This document shows, in pieces, positions 52,558 to 62,400 of a stretch of 64,000 nt of DNA (its first letter is position 1; every line of letters starts with the position of its first letter). The notes under the pieces are model-generated. The model did no database searches, was not told the origin of the DNA, and saw only the letters and a list, made by a program, of their open reading frames with translations. The position numbers were made by a program, and so were the translations under genes. This DNA comes from Minisyncoccota bacterium (GTDB lineage: Bacteria; Patescibacteriota; Minisyncoccia; Phycocordibacterales; Phycocordibacteraceae), in NCBI GenBank assembly GCA_017991635.1, contig JAGOQE010000002.1:35018-99017 (forward strand), in the 5' to 3' direction.

Positions 52558-53619
52558 CTATTGTAACAGGGCGATGGCTACTCCGAACATGCCAGAGATG
52601 ATGGTGATAACCCAGTAACGCATAGTGACCTTATAGGGTGGCCAGCCAAGTGCTTCAAAGTGGTGATGAATAGGGGCAATCTTGAAAAGCTTTCGTTTGA
52701 ATACTTTCTTCGAGAAGACCTGAAGTACGTCGGTCACTACTGTTACAAAAAGTGGCAGTGCAATTATGGGAAGTACAGAAACACCCACTCCCTCTGAAAG
52801 CACGTCTGAGGAGAACGCAGTGAGTGTAAGCGCCATGGTAAGCGCCATGGTCCCAGTCTCTGATAGGTAGAATCGCGCTGGCGGAATATTGAACCAAAGA
52901 AAGGCAAACAAGCTTCCGGCGACCGTGGCCGCAAATCCAGCAAGGGCTATTTGATTCTGTGAGAATGCTATTCCTGCGTAGGCAAGGAAAATAATAGCGA
53001 ATACGCCTCCAGCCAAGCCATCAATTCCATCAATGACACCACTGGCGTAGACGGCGAGTGCGACGAGTACAAAAAACACAATGAAGAGCGGACCTAGAGG
53101 CAATGCTCCCATAAACGGTATTCCTACTGCTGACACGCCAAGTTTTGCATAAAACCACCAGCCAGCAAAAAGACCAAAACCTCCAACTAGGAGAAGACGC
53201 TTGGTAAGTGAAAGGCCTCCCTTCCCCCGAGTAACTTCAAGAATATCGTCTATAAGTCCTACACAGCCTCCAAGGACAAGTGCAAATAACGGAAGCCATG
53301 TTTGACCACGGTTAAGGAAATCAAGATCAGTAAATGCGCCATTGAAGAGTGCGGCGAGGATGACGAGAATAAGGGTCACGACAAGCGTGGTGCCCCATAC
53401 CAACACGCCTCCCATGCGAGGTGTGTTTACTTCACGTTCCTTATGAAGTTCATTGAAGAGTGGTGTGCCTGAGGCGTCACCGAGTCCCTTTTCCTTACCG
53501 CCTTTCTTCTTCCATGCCTTGTGTGCGTAGAGGTAGTGCGCAAGTACAGGAGCGAGCGCGATGCCGAGCGTAAAGGCAATAACAAAAGGAATAAGGACTC
53601 GTGCGGCGTCTAGAATCAT
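52558..53619 (-). CDS. mraY: Phospho-N-acetylmuramoyl-pentapeptide transferase MraY
   Basis: Polytopic; MraY conserved Asp and His region (PIHHHFE). Confidence 0.9.
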   Translation of the reverse strand: MILDAARVLIPFVIAFTLGIALAPVLAHYLYAHKAWKKKGGKEKGLGDASGTPLFNELHKEREVNTPRMGGVLVWGTTLVVTLILVILAALFNGAFTDLDFLNRGQTWLPLFALVLGGCVGLIDDILEVTRGKGGLSLTKRLLLVGGFGLFAGWWFYAKLGVSAVGIPFMGALPLGPLFIVFFVLVALAVYASGVIDGIDGLAGGVFAIIFLAYAGIAFSQNQIALAGFAATVAGSLFAFLWFNIPPARFYLSETGTMALTMALTLTAFSSDVLSEGVGVSVLPIIALPLFVTVVTDVLQVFSKKVFKRKLFKIAPIHHHFEALGWPPYKVTMRYWVITIISGMFGVAIALLQ

Positions 53620-54560
53620 GGTGCGTCTGGGTAAGCAAAGCCGTCTAGGGTTGCATCCATAAGTGCTTCAACATCACTGAAGCGACCTTCCTTGGTAGAG
53701 CCTAGTACCACCACTGCTATAGGGTGATTAAAGGACGCATCAAATACCACAGCAAGGTTCCCTCCTGCTAGGTCGGTGAATCCAGTCTTTGACAAGAGTG
53801 TTCCTGGCTGGCTTGAGACATGCTGATTCGTGTTTTGAAGTGTATGCAGAGCCCCCTCTTCGCTGTAGACACTCACGCTATTTGAGACAGTGGCCGAAGC
53901 AAGCTCAGGCGCTGCTGCGAGAAGTGCTCCAGATAGAAGAGCAACATCTCTTGCTGAACCATAGGCCCCAGAAACATTGGTGCTCTCATCAAGTCCTGTT
54001 CCGTTCACCGCATAGGTTTGAGTGAGTTTTGCAGCAGTAATAGCACTTCCCATAAGCGCAGCCTTCGCGACTCCCTTCTTGGTGCTTGCTGTTTCCGCAA
54101 TCGCCGCCGCCGCATCGTTTGATGAGGCCACAAGCGCAAGTTTGGCGAGGCGTTCAAATGTAAACGACTCACCTAAGGCAAGACCACTCTCGCCTTCAAC
54201 GGCAAGTGCTGAGTCAGAAATAGTGATGCGAGTTTCTTTAGGAATAGCACCAAGAGCTGCATAGACGGTAAGAAGCTTGGTCAAAGATGCGAGTGGAAGT
54301 TGTGCCTCTGCATTCTTTTCATACAGAGTCTCTCCAGTAGTGAGGTCATATACAATTGCAGCCTTTGCAGTAACTCGAACAGAACTCAAGCGCTCGCTTG
54401 AGAATGTAGGAAGAACAGCAGTTTGCGATGGTGGCTTCTGTACTATCGGGAAGAACAAAGTAAGGATGCCGAGAATGATGCTGAGCACAATGATTGCAGC
54501 ACCAGCCTGAAGCCAGCGTTTATCTCCGGTCCAAAAATGTGAAAGTCTAGGCAGTGTCAT
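53616..54560 (-). CDS. D-alanyl-D-alanine carboxypeptidase (S11/PBP5-like), membrane-anchored
   Basis: SxxK motif ASLTKLLT, SxN SSN and KTG motifs. Start moved to the internal ATG (MTLPRLSHFW) to reduce overlap with scpB. Confidence 0.75.
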   Translation of the reverse strand: MTLPRLSHFWTGDKRWLQAGAAIIVLSIILGILTLFFPIVQKPPSQTAVLPTFSSERLSSVRVTAKAAIVYDLTTGETLYEKNAEAQLPLASLTKLLTVYAALGAIPKETRITISDSALAVEGESGLALGESFTFERLAKLALVASSNDAAAAIAETASTKKGVAKAALMGSAITAAKLTQTYAVNGTGLDESTNVSGAYGSARDVALLSGALLAAAPELASATVSNSVSVYSEEGALHTLQNTNQHVSSQPGTLLSKTGFTDLAGGNLAVVFDASFNHPIAVVVLGSTKEGRFSDVEALMDATLDGFAYPDAP

Positions 54561-55110
54561 GAATGGTTTCTGAGGCGGTCTGGCGTACTTCTTCCTTTGC
54601 AAGAGCGACTTTAAATGTTTGGTACTCGGGAAGCTCAGTAAGTGATGAGACTCCAAGGTGTGAAAGAGCGTCTACTGTAGGTTCGTAACAGGCTCTTCGC
54701 TTGTCGCTCGGGTCGTCTACACGCTTCACCAGTCCTCGCATCAAGAGAGAGCGGAGCGCTGCTCCAGAGTTCACACCACGCACCCAGTCTATGTGTCCAC
54801 GCGTTGCTTGTCCGCGATACACAATTACAGCAAGTGTCTCAAGACCGGCCTTTCCTAGGTCACGAGAGAGCTCGGCCTCACGAAGCTTCTTGGTAAGTTC
54901 AAAGGTCTCCGGATGAGTGCGGAGTTCAACGTCGTCATTAACTTCAACCAATGCTAGTCCACGGTCGTCTAAGTCGGTACGAAGCTGGCCAAGGGCCATT
55001 TCTAGGAGGTCAGGACTCACTCCAAGAAGCGTACATAGCTTCTTTTTAGAAAGAGGCTCTCCTGCGGCAAACAGAAGGGCTTCAAGAGTTGCTCCAGGCG
55101 AACGTGCCAT
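54547..55110 (-). CDS. scpB: Segregation and condensation protein B
   Basis: Winged-helix ScpB pattern (ALLFAAGEPLS...). Start at internal MARSPG. Confidence 0.75.
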   Translation of the reverse strand: MARSPGATLEALLFAAGEPLSKKKLCTLLGVSPDLLEMALGQLRTDLDDRGLALVEVNDDVELRTHPETFELTKKLREAELSRDLGKAGLETLAVIVYRGQATRGHIDWVRGVNSGAALRSLLMRGLVKRVDDPSDKRRACYEPTVDALSHLGVSSLTELPEYQTFKVALAKEEVRQTASETIHDTA

Positions 55111-55164
55111 ATCTATAGAGAATACCCTACTAAAACTCGAAGACCAACCTGTTTCAAGTGAGTT

Positions 55165-55953
55165 TTGGCGTATACTACGAAGTACATGACGTATATAGAT
55201 AGTATTATCCTCGGCATCATAGAAGGATTCACCGAGTTTCTCCCTATTTCTTCCACAGGTCACCTTATTTTGGGAAGTGTTCTGCTTGGCCTTCCCCAGA
55301 CTGATGTTCTAAAAAGTTTTGAAATAGCTATCCAGCTTGGTGCTATTTGTGCAGTTGCCCTGTTGTTCTGGAAGCGATTTTTAGACTGGAGTATCCTTAC
55401 GCGCCTTCTTTCGGCATTTATACCAACGGCTGTTATTGGTCTCCTCCTCCATTCTTTTGTAAAAGAGCACTTGCTTGGTAATCCTTACGTCGTGGTGGCG
55501 GCGCTCTTTCTTGGTGGTGTTTTTCTTATCGTCTTTGAGTTTTTTCACAAAGAGGACAAAACTAAAGAAGAAGACATCACTGACATTTCACACAAGCAGG
55601 CCTTCATTGTCGGTGTGTGTCAGGCTTTCGCCATAGTTCCAGGCGTGTCGCGTTCTGCTGCAACTATTGTGGGCGGTCTTTCGCTCGGCCTCCGCCGTGC
55701 ATCAATTGTTGAGTTTTCATTCCTGCTCGCTGTTCCTACCATGCTCGCAGCAACGACGCTTGATGTCGCAAAAAGCTACCAGCTATTTTCCGTTAACGAT
55801 ATCGGTCTTATCCTAACTGGATTTACCACTGCCTTTCTTGTTGCTCTCGTTTCAGTTAAATTCCTCCTTCACTATGTAAAGCGCTACACATTTATGCCAT
55901 TTGGTGTGTACCGTATTATTGTGGCACTACTCTTTTTCTTCCTAGTGCTTTAA
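55165..55953 (+). CDS. uppP: Undecaprenyl-diphosphatase
   Basis: BacA/UppP conserved regions (EGFTEFLPISSTGHL, PGVSRSAAT). Confidence 0.9.
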   Translation: MAYTTKYMTYIDSIILGIIEGFTEFLPISSTGHLILGSVLLGLPQTDVLKSFEIAIQLGAICAVALLFWKRFLDWSILTRLLSAFIPTAVIGLLLHSFVKEHLLGNPYVVVAALFLGGVFLIVFEFFHKEDKTKEEDITDISHKQAFIVGVCQAFAIVPGVSRSAATIVGGLSLGLRRASIVEFSFLLAVPTMLAATTLDVAKSYQLFSVNDIGLILTGFTTAFLVALVSVKFLLHYVKRYTFMPFGVYRIIVALLFFFLVL

Positions 55954-56684
55954 TAGCGAGGCACGTCAGCCTTTGAATTAGTTATCGTGATGTCCTCAAA
56001 TTTTTCGTGTTGCTCTGCGCCAACGACACCTTGCTTCACAAGCTCCAAGAGAGCAAGAAACGACACAATTACCTCAACCTTTTCCTTTGAGTTTCCAGAA
56101 AACTCTTTAAATGAAAGCGTCAGTGCAGTCTGCACACGCTTTGTCAGTGTATCCATAACCTCTTCAAGGGAAATAATAGAACGCACTCTCGCCTCAGGAA
56201 GTTCGACCTGTTTCTCAAGCGCCATAAGAGCATCACGAAGTGCACTTTGAAGGGATGCGGATGAAAGGTCTTTGCTTGGTGCAAAAATAATTTCTGGAGC
56301 TTTCTCCCCTCTCTCAAGTAGCACTGCTTTTCCGAACATGCCCGAAAGAATGCGCGAAGCTCTACGTGCTTCCTCATATGCCTTAAGTCTTCGCGTGAGA
56401 TCATCAACATCTCCTTCCTCTTCCTCAGTGAGTTCAAGTTGCGGAAGAAGTGATTTTGATTTTATTAAAAGTAGTGTGGCGGCAACAGCGATGAAGTCAG
56501 TCGCCTGCTCCATAGGAAATTCTGCGTGAGAACGGATATGGAGAATAAAGTCGTCAGTGACGCTCGTGAGCGATACTTCGTTCACGAGAAGTTTACGCTT
56601 TTCTATAAGGTCCAAGAGAAGTTCTAATGGGCCTTCAAAGCTCGTGGTGCGTACGGTGTAGTTCTTCTGTACTAGTTCTTCCAT
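55950..56684 (-). CDS. scpA: Segregation and condensation protein A
   Basis: ScpA kleisin pattern, 244 aa. Confidence 0.75.
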   Translation of the reverse strand: MEELVQKNYTVRTTSFEGPLELLLDLIEKRKLLVNEVSLTSVTDDFILHIRSHAEFPMEQATDFIAVAATLLLIKSKSLLPQLELTEEEEGDVDDLTRRLKAYEEARRASRILSGMFGKAVLLERGEKAPEIIFAPSKDLSSASLQSALRDALMALEKQVELPEARVRSIISLEEVMDTLTKRVQTALTLSFKEFSGNSKEKVEVIVSFLALLELVKQGVVGAEQHEKFEDITITNSKADVPRY

Positions 56685-58087
56685 GACTCTATGAAGTGTA
56701 GCAGAAGTCTGACCGGAGAACCGGCAGCACCCTTCCCTAACTCTTCACCCGGAGCTGAGGTCATTCTTGGAGCTATATCAATGTGCGCCCAAGGTGCGTC
56801 TATTTCCTTTGCAAACTGATAGAGGAAGACTGCGCCTTCAATAGCGCCCCCTCCCTTACTTCCTCCGTTTGCTACGTTTGCGAGGTCGGCAAAGGTACCT
56901 TTAATTGAGGACTCATACTCGTCCCACAAAGGAAGACGCCATGCGTAGTCACCGCTATTTTCTGCGTGTGTGAGAAGGGTCTCTGCAAGTGTGTCGTCCT
57001 TAGTCATAAGTGCATTTGCATGAAGTCCAAGAGCGGTAATGGCGGCACCTGTAAGTGTTGCTACATCAACTACAACACTTGGATTAAGACGCTTCGCGTA
57101 TGTAAGTGCGTCAGCGAGAACGAGTCTTCCTTCAGCGTCAGTGTTCAATACTTCAATAGTTTTTCCTGAAAGCGAGGTGAGAATGTCTCCTGGGCGATAG
57201 CTCTCTCCTGAAAGTGAGTTCTCCGCTGAAGGCATAAGGGCAATGACGTGTTGCTTCACTTTTAGGCGTGAGGCAAGCACAACGGCAAAGAGAACTGCCG
57301 CAGCACCAGACATGTCCATGTGCATCTCGTAAATTCCTGATGTTGGTTTTAGATTCAAGCCGCCCGAATCAAAGGTAATTCCTTTCCCAGCGAGAATGAT
57401 AGGTTTGGTTTTCTTTCCAGCCTTTGTGCCGTTGTAGGAGACGATGGTGAAAGTTGGTTCATTTACAGAGCCCTGGGCCACACCAAGGAGTGCTCCCATG
57501 CCGAGCTTTTGCATCTCCTTCTTTCCAAGCACCTCAACCGTGATTCCTCCCTTCCCTCCAAACTTCTTTGCAGCTTCAGAGAGTTTACGAGGTGTCATGA
57601 GTCCTCCCGGAGTATTGGCAAGGACACGACACTCATTTACGGTGTCGCCAATAATCTGTCCGCGCGAAAATCCACGACGCGTCTCCAAATCAAACTCTCC
57701 CACAAAGAGTACTTCTTTAAGTTCTGGAAATCCTTCCTTTGGCTTTGACTTATAGTTGGTGAACTCAAAGTCAGCCATGATGAGGTTCTCCGCAATACGC
57801 TCCGCAAGTGTCGCGCGCTCAATGTGCGCAAGTTCCCTAAACGAGAACAGTTCTTCTCCGATACTTATCTTTGAGAGTCTGTGCTGTTTTGCGGTGCGTG
57901 CAATCTTGCGTACAAGAATGATGAAGGTTCGAAGCGTCTGCTTCTTCACATCACCCAGGGGAAAATCCAAGTACTCGTATCCGTCTTCGCGCACGATACG
58001 TGCAACTGCTTTGTCTTCCTGGCTTATGCGTACTCGAACGACCCCTTTCAGTTCCCTGCTCTCAAGCGTATGGAAGGAGAACTTCAT
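56672..58087 (-). CDS. pepA: Leucyl aminopeptidase (M17)
   Basis: NTDAEGRL and the surrounding M17 metal ligand pattern. Confidence 0.88.
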   Translation of the reverse strand: MKFSFHTLESRELKGVVRVRISQEDKAVARIVREDGYEYLDFPLGDVKKQTLRTFIILVRKIARTAKQHRLSKISIGEELFSFRELAHIERATLAERIAENLIMADFEFTNYKSKPKEGFPELKEVLFVGEFDLETRRGFSRGQIIGDTVNECRVLANTPGGLMTPRKLSEAAKKFGGKGGITVEVLGKKEMQKLGMGALLGVAQGSVNEPTFTIVSYNGTKAGKKTKPIILAGKGITFDSGGLNLKPTSGIYEMHMDMSGAAAVLFAVVLASRLKVKQHVIALMPSAENSLSGESYRPGDILTSLSGKTIEVLNTDAEGRLVLADALTYAKRLNPSVVVDVATLTGAAITALGLHANALMTKDDTLAETLLTHAENSGDYAWRLPLWDEYESSIKGTFADLANVANGGSKGGGAIEGAVFLYQFAKEIDAPWAHIDIAPRMTSAPGEELGKGAAGSPVRLLLHFIESWKN

Positions 58088-58090
58088 AGG

Positions 58091-59482
58091 CTACTTGTCC
58101 TTGGTGGGCTTAACAGTAAGACCGAGTTCAGTAAGTTGCTTGTCGTTGATTGCTGCCGGCGCTCCGGTCATGAGGTCCTTTCCCTCTCCAGTTTTAGCAA
58201 AGGCAATCACTTCTCGAATATTTGGCTGATTCTCCAAAATCATAACAATACGGTCGATACCTGGAGCAAATCCACCGTGAGGTGGCGTACCAAAGGTGAA
58301 GGCCTTAAGCATGTGACCAAAGCGTGACTGCTGTTCCTCTTCGCTAATACCAAGAAGATTGAAGACCTGCTTCTGCTCCTCGGCTTTGTGAATACGAATT
58401 GAACCTGATGAAAGTTCGTAACCGTTAAGCACTAGGTCGTATGAGTTAGCGCGAATTGAGAGAAGATCCTCTCCTTTCATAAACTTCTCATTATCCTCTG
58501 GCTTCACTGAACAGAATGGGTGGTGGGCAGCCTGTAGGCTTCCGTCGTCCATCTTTTCAAACATGGGGAAATCAACAATCCATGCAAAGGCGAGCTCGTT
58601 AGGGTCGTTCTTATCTTTTCTGAGGTCTGGCTTGTCTGAGCCGTAACGCTCCATACTCTCGGCATACGTGAGGCGAGGAAATGGTACCTCAGTGAAGTGC
58701 TTCTCTGGGTAGAGGGTCTGTACCATGCCAATAAACATGGCTTCGGTGTAGGTGAGAACATCCTCTTGCTCTACAAAGGACATCTCAAAGTCGAGCTGAG
58801 TAAATTCAGGCTGACGATCACCCCGAGTATCTTCGTCGCGCATACAGCGTGCAATTTGGAAGTACTTTTCAAATCCAGCAACCATAAGCAGTTGCTTAAA
58901 CTGCTGAGGTGACTGTGGAAGAACATAAAACTTTCCCTGTTCCAATCTGGAAGGTACGACGTACTCACGACTGCCTTCAGGAGTTCCCTTCATCATGAGT
59001 GGAGTCTCAATTTCAACGAAGTCGTGTGAGCGCATGTAGTTTCGAAGGAAGGCCACGATGCTGTCGCGCATGCGTAGGTTTCTCTGCATGCGTGGAGAGC
59101 GAAGGTCGAGGTAGCGGTAGGTCAAACGTGTTGCCTCATCAATTCCAAGCGTGTCGCCAGTGACATCAAAAGGAACGGGCTCACTTTCGTTAAGGACGGT
59201 AATGCCCTTAATCTCAAGCTCAATGTCGCCATTTATCTTTCCTTCCTGCACGTTCTTCTCGGGGCGCTTGTTTACTATGCCCTCGACAGAAACGACGTAT
59301 TCGTGGCGAACTTCTTTGGCTACTGTCATCAACTCGTCGTTTCCAGGAAGCACGACTCCCTGCACCGAGCCTGTGCGGTCACGAAAATCAAAAAACACCA
59401 TTTTCCCCTGGTCACGGCGCACGTCCACCCAGCCTGAAATAGACACCGTTTCCCCTGTCTTGCGGGCCAGTTCCCCAATCAT
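58091..59482 (-). CDS. aspS: Aspartyl-tRNA synthetase, archaeal/eukaryotic short type
   Basis: OB-fold N-terminus and class II motifs; no GAD insertion. Start at internal MIGELARK. Confidence 0.85.
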   Translation of the reverse strand: MIGELARKTGETVSISGWVDVRRDQGKMVFFDFRDRTGSVQGVVLPGNDELMTVAKEVRHEYVVSVEGIVNKRPEKNVQEGKINGDIELEIKGITVLNESEPVPFDVTGDTLGIDEATRLTYRYLDLRSPRMQRNLRMRDSIVAFLRNYMRSHDFVEIETPLMMKGTPEGSREYVVPSRLEQGKFYVLPQSPQQFKQLLMVAGFEKYFQIARCMRDEDTRGDRQPEFTQLDFEMSFVEQEDVLTYTEAMFIGMVQTLYPEKHFTEVPFPRLTYAESMERYGSDKPDLRKDKNDPNELAFAWIVDFPMFEKMDDGSLQAAHHPFCSVKPEDNEKFMKGEDLLSIRANSYDLVLNGYELSSGSIRIHKAEEQKQVFNLLGISEEEQQSRFGHMLKAFTFGTPPHGGFAPGIDRIVMILENQPNIREVIAFAKTGEGKDLMTGAPAAINDKQLTELGLTVKPTKDK

Positions 59483-59550
59483 TGTTCGTCCCTTCATATA
59501 GCTATAAAGTACCACGCCCGAGCTTTTTAGGCTCGGGCGTGAGGGCGGGA

Positions 59551-59670
59551 CTACTTGTCCCGAAACAGCTTGTGAAGTTGAAGGCCGATGGCGACACTGA
59601 CGACAATAATGCCGACAATCCAGACAAGGGTCGTGTCGCTTCCGTACGAGATGGTGGTCCCGTTATCCAT
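59551..59670 (-). CDS. Candidate small ORF: 39-aa hydrophobic peptide (MDNGTTISYGSDTTLVWIVGIIVVSVAIGLQLHKLFRDK)
   Basis: AGGGAG SD 8 nt upstream; single TM helix. Below the ORF-track size cutoff; purely an in-silico call. Confidence 0.3.
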   Translation of the reverse strand: MDNGTTISYGSDTTLVWIVGIIVVSVAIGLQLHKLFRDK

Positions 59671-59732
59671 AGCACGACTCCCTAGGTACAAAGGTCTGCG
59701 TATTATCATCGCGCTGACTCACAAAAGCGCAA

Positions 59733-60275
59733 TTAGTGTGAGTGCATATCCAAATATTCCTTCAAACTATCCAAGGCAGGCTTTCTAATGGATGCACGTA
59801 CATACTCATCAGGAGAGAGTTCCGAGCGCGTTACCGAATACCCTTCTTGAATAAAAATTGCATCCCAACCATATCCTCCACTTCCTTTCGGTTTGTCTGA
59901 AATAGTTCCGTTCACGCTTGAAACAAATGCAATAAAGTCCTTTCCATCAAAATAGCCAATAGCAACAGTCGCAATAGCTTTTCTGTTTCCATGTGCAGTC
60001 AAATTGCAAACACCTTCGTTACCAACTGTCTTCAGAAACCATTTAATCAATGGTCCAGGTAATCCGTGAAGTGACTCTATCTCAACACTTGCATCGTCAA
60101 CAAGAACAGGTGTCGCGAGTATACGGTAGGCTTCTCTAGCCTTTGCCTCAATAATTTCACGCACATCAAGTGATTGAATCTCATAGAGATCCAACGATGC
60201 GTGTGCTATTGGGTAGCCCAACTGCTGCCCAATTTCGCTCGCCTTGTCCTTGTTGCCAGTTACAAAGGTGAGCAT
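59733..60275 (-). CDS. rdgB: Non-canonical purine NTP pyrophosphatase (RdgB/HAM1)
   Basis: FVTGNKDKASE N-terminus and the Ham1 fold pattern. Confidence 0.8.
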   Translation of the reverse strand: MLTFVTGNKDKASEIGQQLGYPIAHASLDLYEIQSLDVREIIEAKAREAYRILATPVLVDDASVEIESLHGLPGPLIKWFLKTVGNEGVCNLTAHGNRKAIATVAIGYFDGKDFIAFVSSVNGTISDKPKGSGGYGWDAIFIQEGYSVTRSELSPDEYVRASIRKPALDSLKEYLDMHSH

Positions 60276-60281
60276 ACGAAG

Positions 60282-61298
60282 CTATGTGACTCCAACCACT
60301 TTTCGAACCTCTTCCATCTTCTTTTCGGCACGTTCTCTTGCTAGAGCGTTACCTCTCTCAAGTGCCTTCTCTACTACCTCAGGACTTGCTTTAAGTTCGT
60401 TATAGCGAGCGCGCATGGGTGCGAGGTATGCGTTTAGGTCTTCTGCAAGCGCATCCTTGAGTGGTTTGTATCTACCCTTATGCTCCTCATAAAGTGGTGC
60501 AAGTTCTTCCTCGCTCTTTATGAGTCGGTGAAGAGCATAGACGTTTTCAGGTCGCTCTCCTTCTGAGTCAGTGACGATGCTCATCACGCGCTCAGTAGTT
60601 TCCTCGGGTGTAGCGAAAAGTTTAATCGTGTTTCCGTAGCTCTTGCTCATTTTCTGACCATCAAGACCTGGGACAATTGCAACGTCCTCAACAATTTTTT
60701 CAGCAGGAAGTCTAAAGGTCTCACCAAAGACGCGATTAAATTTCTCCGCAGTATCACGCGCGTACTCAATGTGCTGTTTTTGGTCTTGCCCGACAGGAAC
60801 CACTGCTGTGTCATAGAGGAGAATGTCCGCAGCCATAAGCATCGGATAGTTAAACGTGCCTACTGAAATTTCTGGTGCCATTTTTGCTCTCAATGCCTTA
60901 CCTATAGCACCTCCAATAGGTCCAATTTCCTCCGTCGCCTTATCGAAAGCGGCCTTATAGGCGTGCGCGCGCATGAGGTACGGCACTGTGGTGATGGTGT
61001 CAAAAATCCATGCAAGTTCAGTGTGTGCAGAAACAGCAGATTGCTTAAAGAGAACTACCTTTTCAGGGTCAAGACCTGAAGCCATATAGGAGAGCATGAG
61101 TTCGTGGATGAGTGCGCGCATCTCTTCCCCATTTTGGACAAAGTTAAGAGCGTGGTAGTCAGCAACCATAATCATGACGTCGTGCGTGTCGTCCTTGCTC
61201 ATTTCAACAAACTGACGCACTGCGCCGAAGTAATTTCCAAGATGGAGTTCTCCCGTGGGCTTAATGCCCGAGAGAAGGACAGGTTTTGACTCGTTCAT
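60282..61298 (-). CDS. trpS: Tryptophanyl-tRNA synthetase
   Basis: GIKPTGELHLGNY (HIGH) and KMSKS. Start at internal MNESKP. Confidence 0.88.
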   Translation of the reverse strand: MNESKPVLLSGIKPTGELHLGNYFGAVRQFVEMSKDDTHDVMIMVADYHALNFVQNGEEMRALIHELMLSYMASGLDPEKVVLFKQSAVSAHTELAWIFDTITTVPYLMRAHAYKAAFDKATEEIGPIGGAIGKALRAKMAPEISVGTFNYPMLMAADILLYDTAVVPVGQDQKQHIEYARDTAEKFNRVFGETFRLPAEKIVEDVAIVPGLDGQKMSKSYGNTIKLFATPEETTERVMSIVTDSEGERPENVYALHRLIKSEEELAPLYEEHKGRYKPLKDALAEDLNAYLAPMRARYNELKASPEVVEKALERGNALARERAEKKMEEVRKVVGVT

Positions 61299-61396
61299 GC
61301 CTCTAAAGATACCACAAGGCGCTATGGAAAAAGAAAAAAGGTCGCGCAGGCACAGGACGTGTAGCGCGACCCTTTTCGAAGGCTGACCATAGGTCA

Positions 61397-61615
61397 CTAG
61401 ACCTTTCTGATGAGGACGATTTTGCCGTAAACGACGTTCTCCTCACCAGCAGGCAGGGTCACCGTGTCGCCGACTTTGTGGCCGATAACGATAGCTTCCC
61501 AGTGACCCGCAGGGCTCCTCCTTGCCACAAGCGTCTTCTGGCGCGGACGACGCCGGCCGGTTACGCCTGTGATTTTCATGCGGACGGTATCTCCGTCCGA
61601 AACAACAATGGGCAT
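61397..61615 (-). CDS. Hypothetical small basic protein (72 aa, OB/barrel-like?)
   Basis: AAGGAGGG SD before the internal ATG (MPIVVSDGDTV...). Moderately GC-rich; no family recognised. Confidence 0.4.
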   Translation of the reverse strand: MPIVVSDGDTVRMKITGVTGRRRPRQKTLVARRSPAGHWEAIVIGHKVGDTVTLPAGEENVVYGKIVLIRKV

Positions 61616-61738
61616 GGTGCCCTCCTTTTCTTTGGTCTGACCGAGTGTCAGACCATCGTTATACAGTACCCAGTCCAAGTGCTCAAGGTTACAAAATGTA
61701 GTGTCCCCGCGCATGCTTGGCATGCGCGGGGACCAGAA

Positions 61739-62332
61739 TCACGAAGCGGGACCGCCTTCCGTGATAATTTTCGTTTCAGGTACGGGCTTAGGCTTTTGCT
61801 TCGGCTTGGGAAGTTTCGTCACGGACTCAACTGGACGCTCACCTTTCTTGAGTGACTGAAGCTCCTCAATGAGCGGAGAGAGCGCCTTGTCAGCTTCAGC
61901 AACAGCCCTGTCTCGGGCTTTTTTGATTTCAAGCTCAAGATAGGCAATGCGAGTGAGGTCCTCCCAATTTCGGTATACGATGGCGAGCTCTTTCTCAGCA
62001 GCAATCAGTATGGCGCGAAGGACTGCACGGACCGAAATAGGTGATTCGTCCTGAGGCCAAACGAGACCACCCTTGGTGATCAGGAATTCGCTGATACCAT
62101 TTGCGAGCGAGCTAATCTTGACTTCATTCAGTTTTTCAAGCGCTTCGGAGTTAAAGCTTGCGCGCAGGATGTTGCCAACCTCAGTCGCGACCCGTTCCTC
62201 ATGAACGATGTCGATACATAGCTCGACACATTCATCACAGATGAACACGGTCGGCCCTGCAATGAGCTTTTTCACCTCGTGCTGGCTTTTTCCGCAGAAG
62301 GAGCAGTACAGAGTTGATTTCGGTTCGGCCAT
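61739..62332 (-). CDS. Standalone ClpX-type C4 zinc-finger protein (no AAA+ domain)
   Basis: N-terminus [35 protein letters not shown] matches the ClpX zinc-finger. The rest is a coiled-coil/Lys-Pro-rich tail. Confidence 0.65.
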   Translation of the reverse strand: MAEPKSTLYCSFCGKSQHEVKKLIAGPTVFICDECVELCIDIVHEERVATEVGNILRASFNSEALEKLNEVKISSLANGISEFLITKGGLVWPQDESPISVRAVLRAILIAAEKELAIVYRNWEDLTRIAYLELEIKKARDRAVAEADKALSPLIEELQSLKKGERPVESVTKLPKPKQKPKPVPETKIITEGGPAS

Positions 62333-62400
62333 GAGGCCCTCCTTGGTTTCTGGGCGTATTCCTCTACCACTTCACTACAACTGGCTATTTAAGTCAACGT

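Noticed and set aside
57444-58327. Several plus-strand ORFs antisense to pepA and aspS
   Set aside because: Their translations are low-complexity Ser/Phe/Leu-rich strings without motifs. They are fully embedded in strongly supported minus-strand genes.
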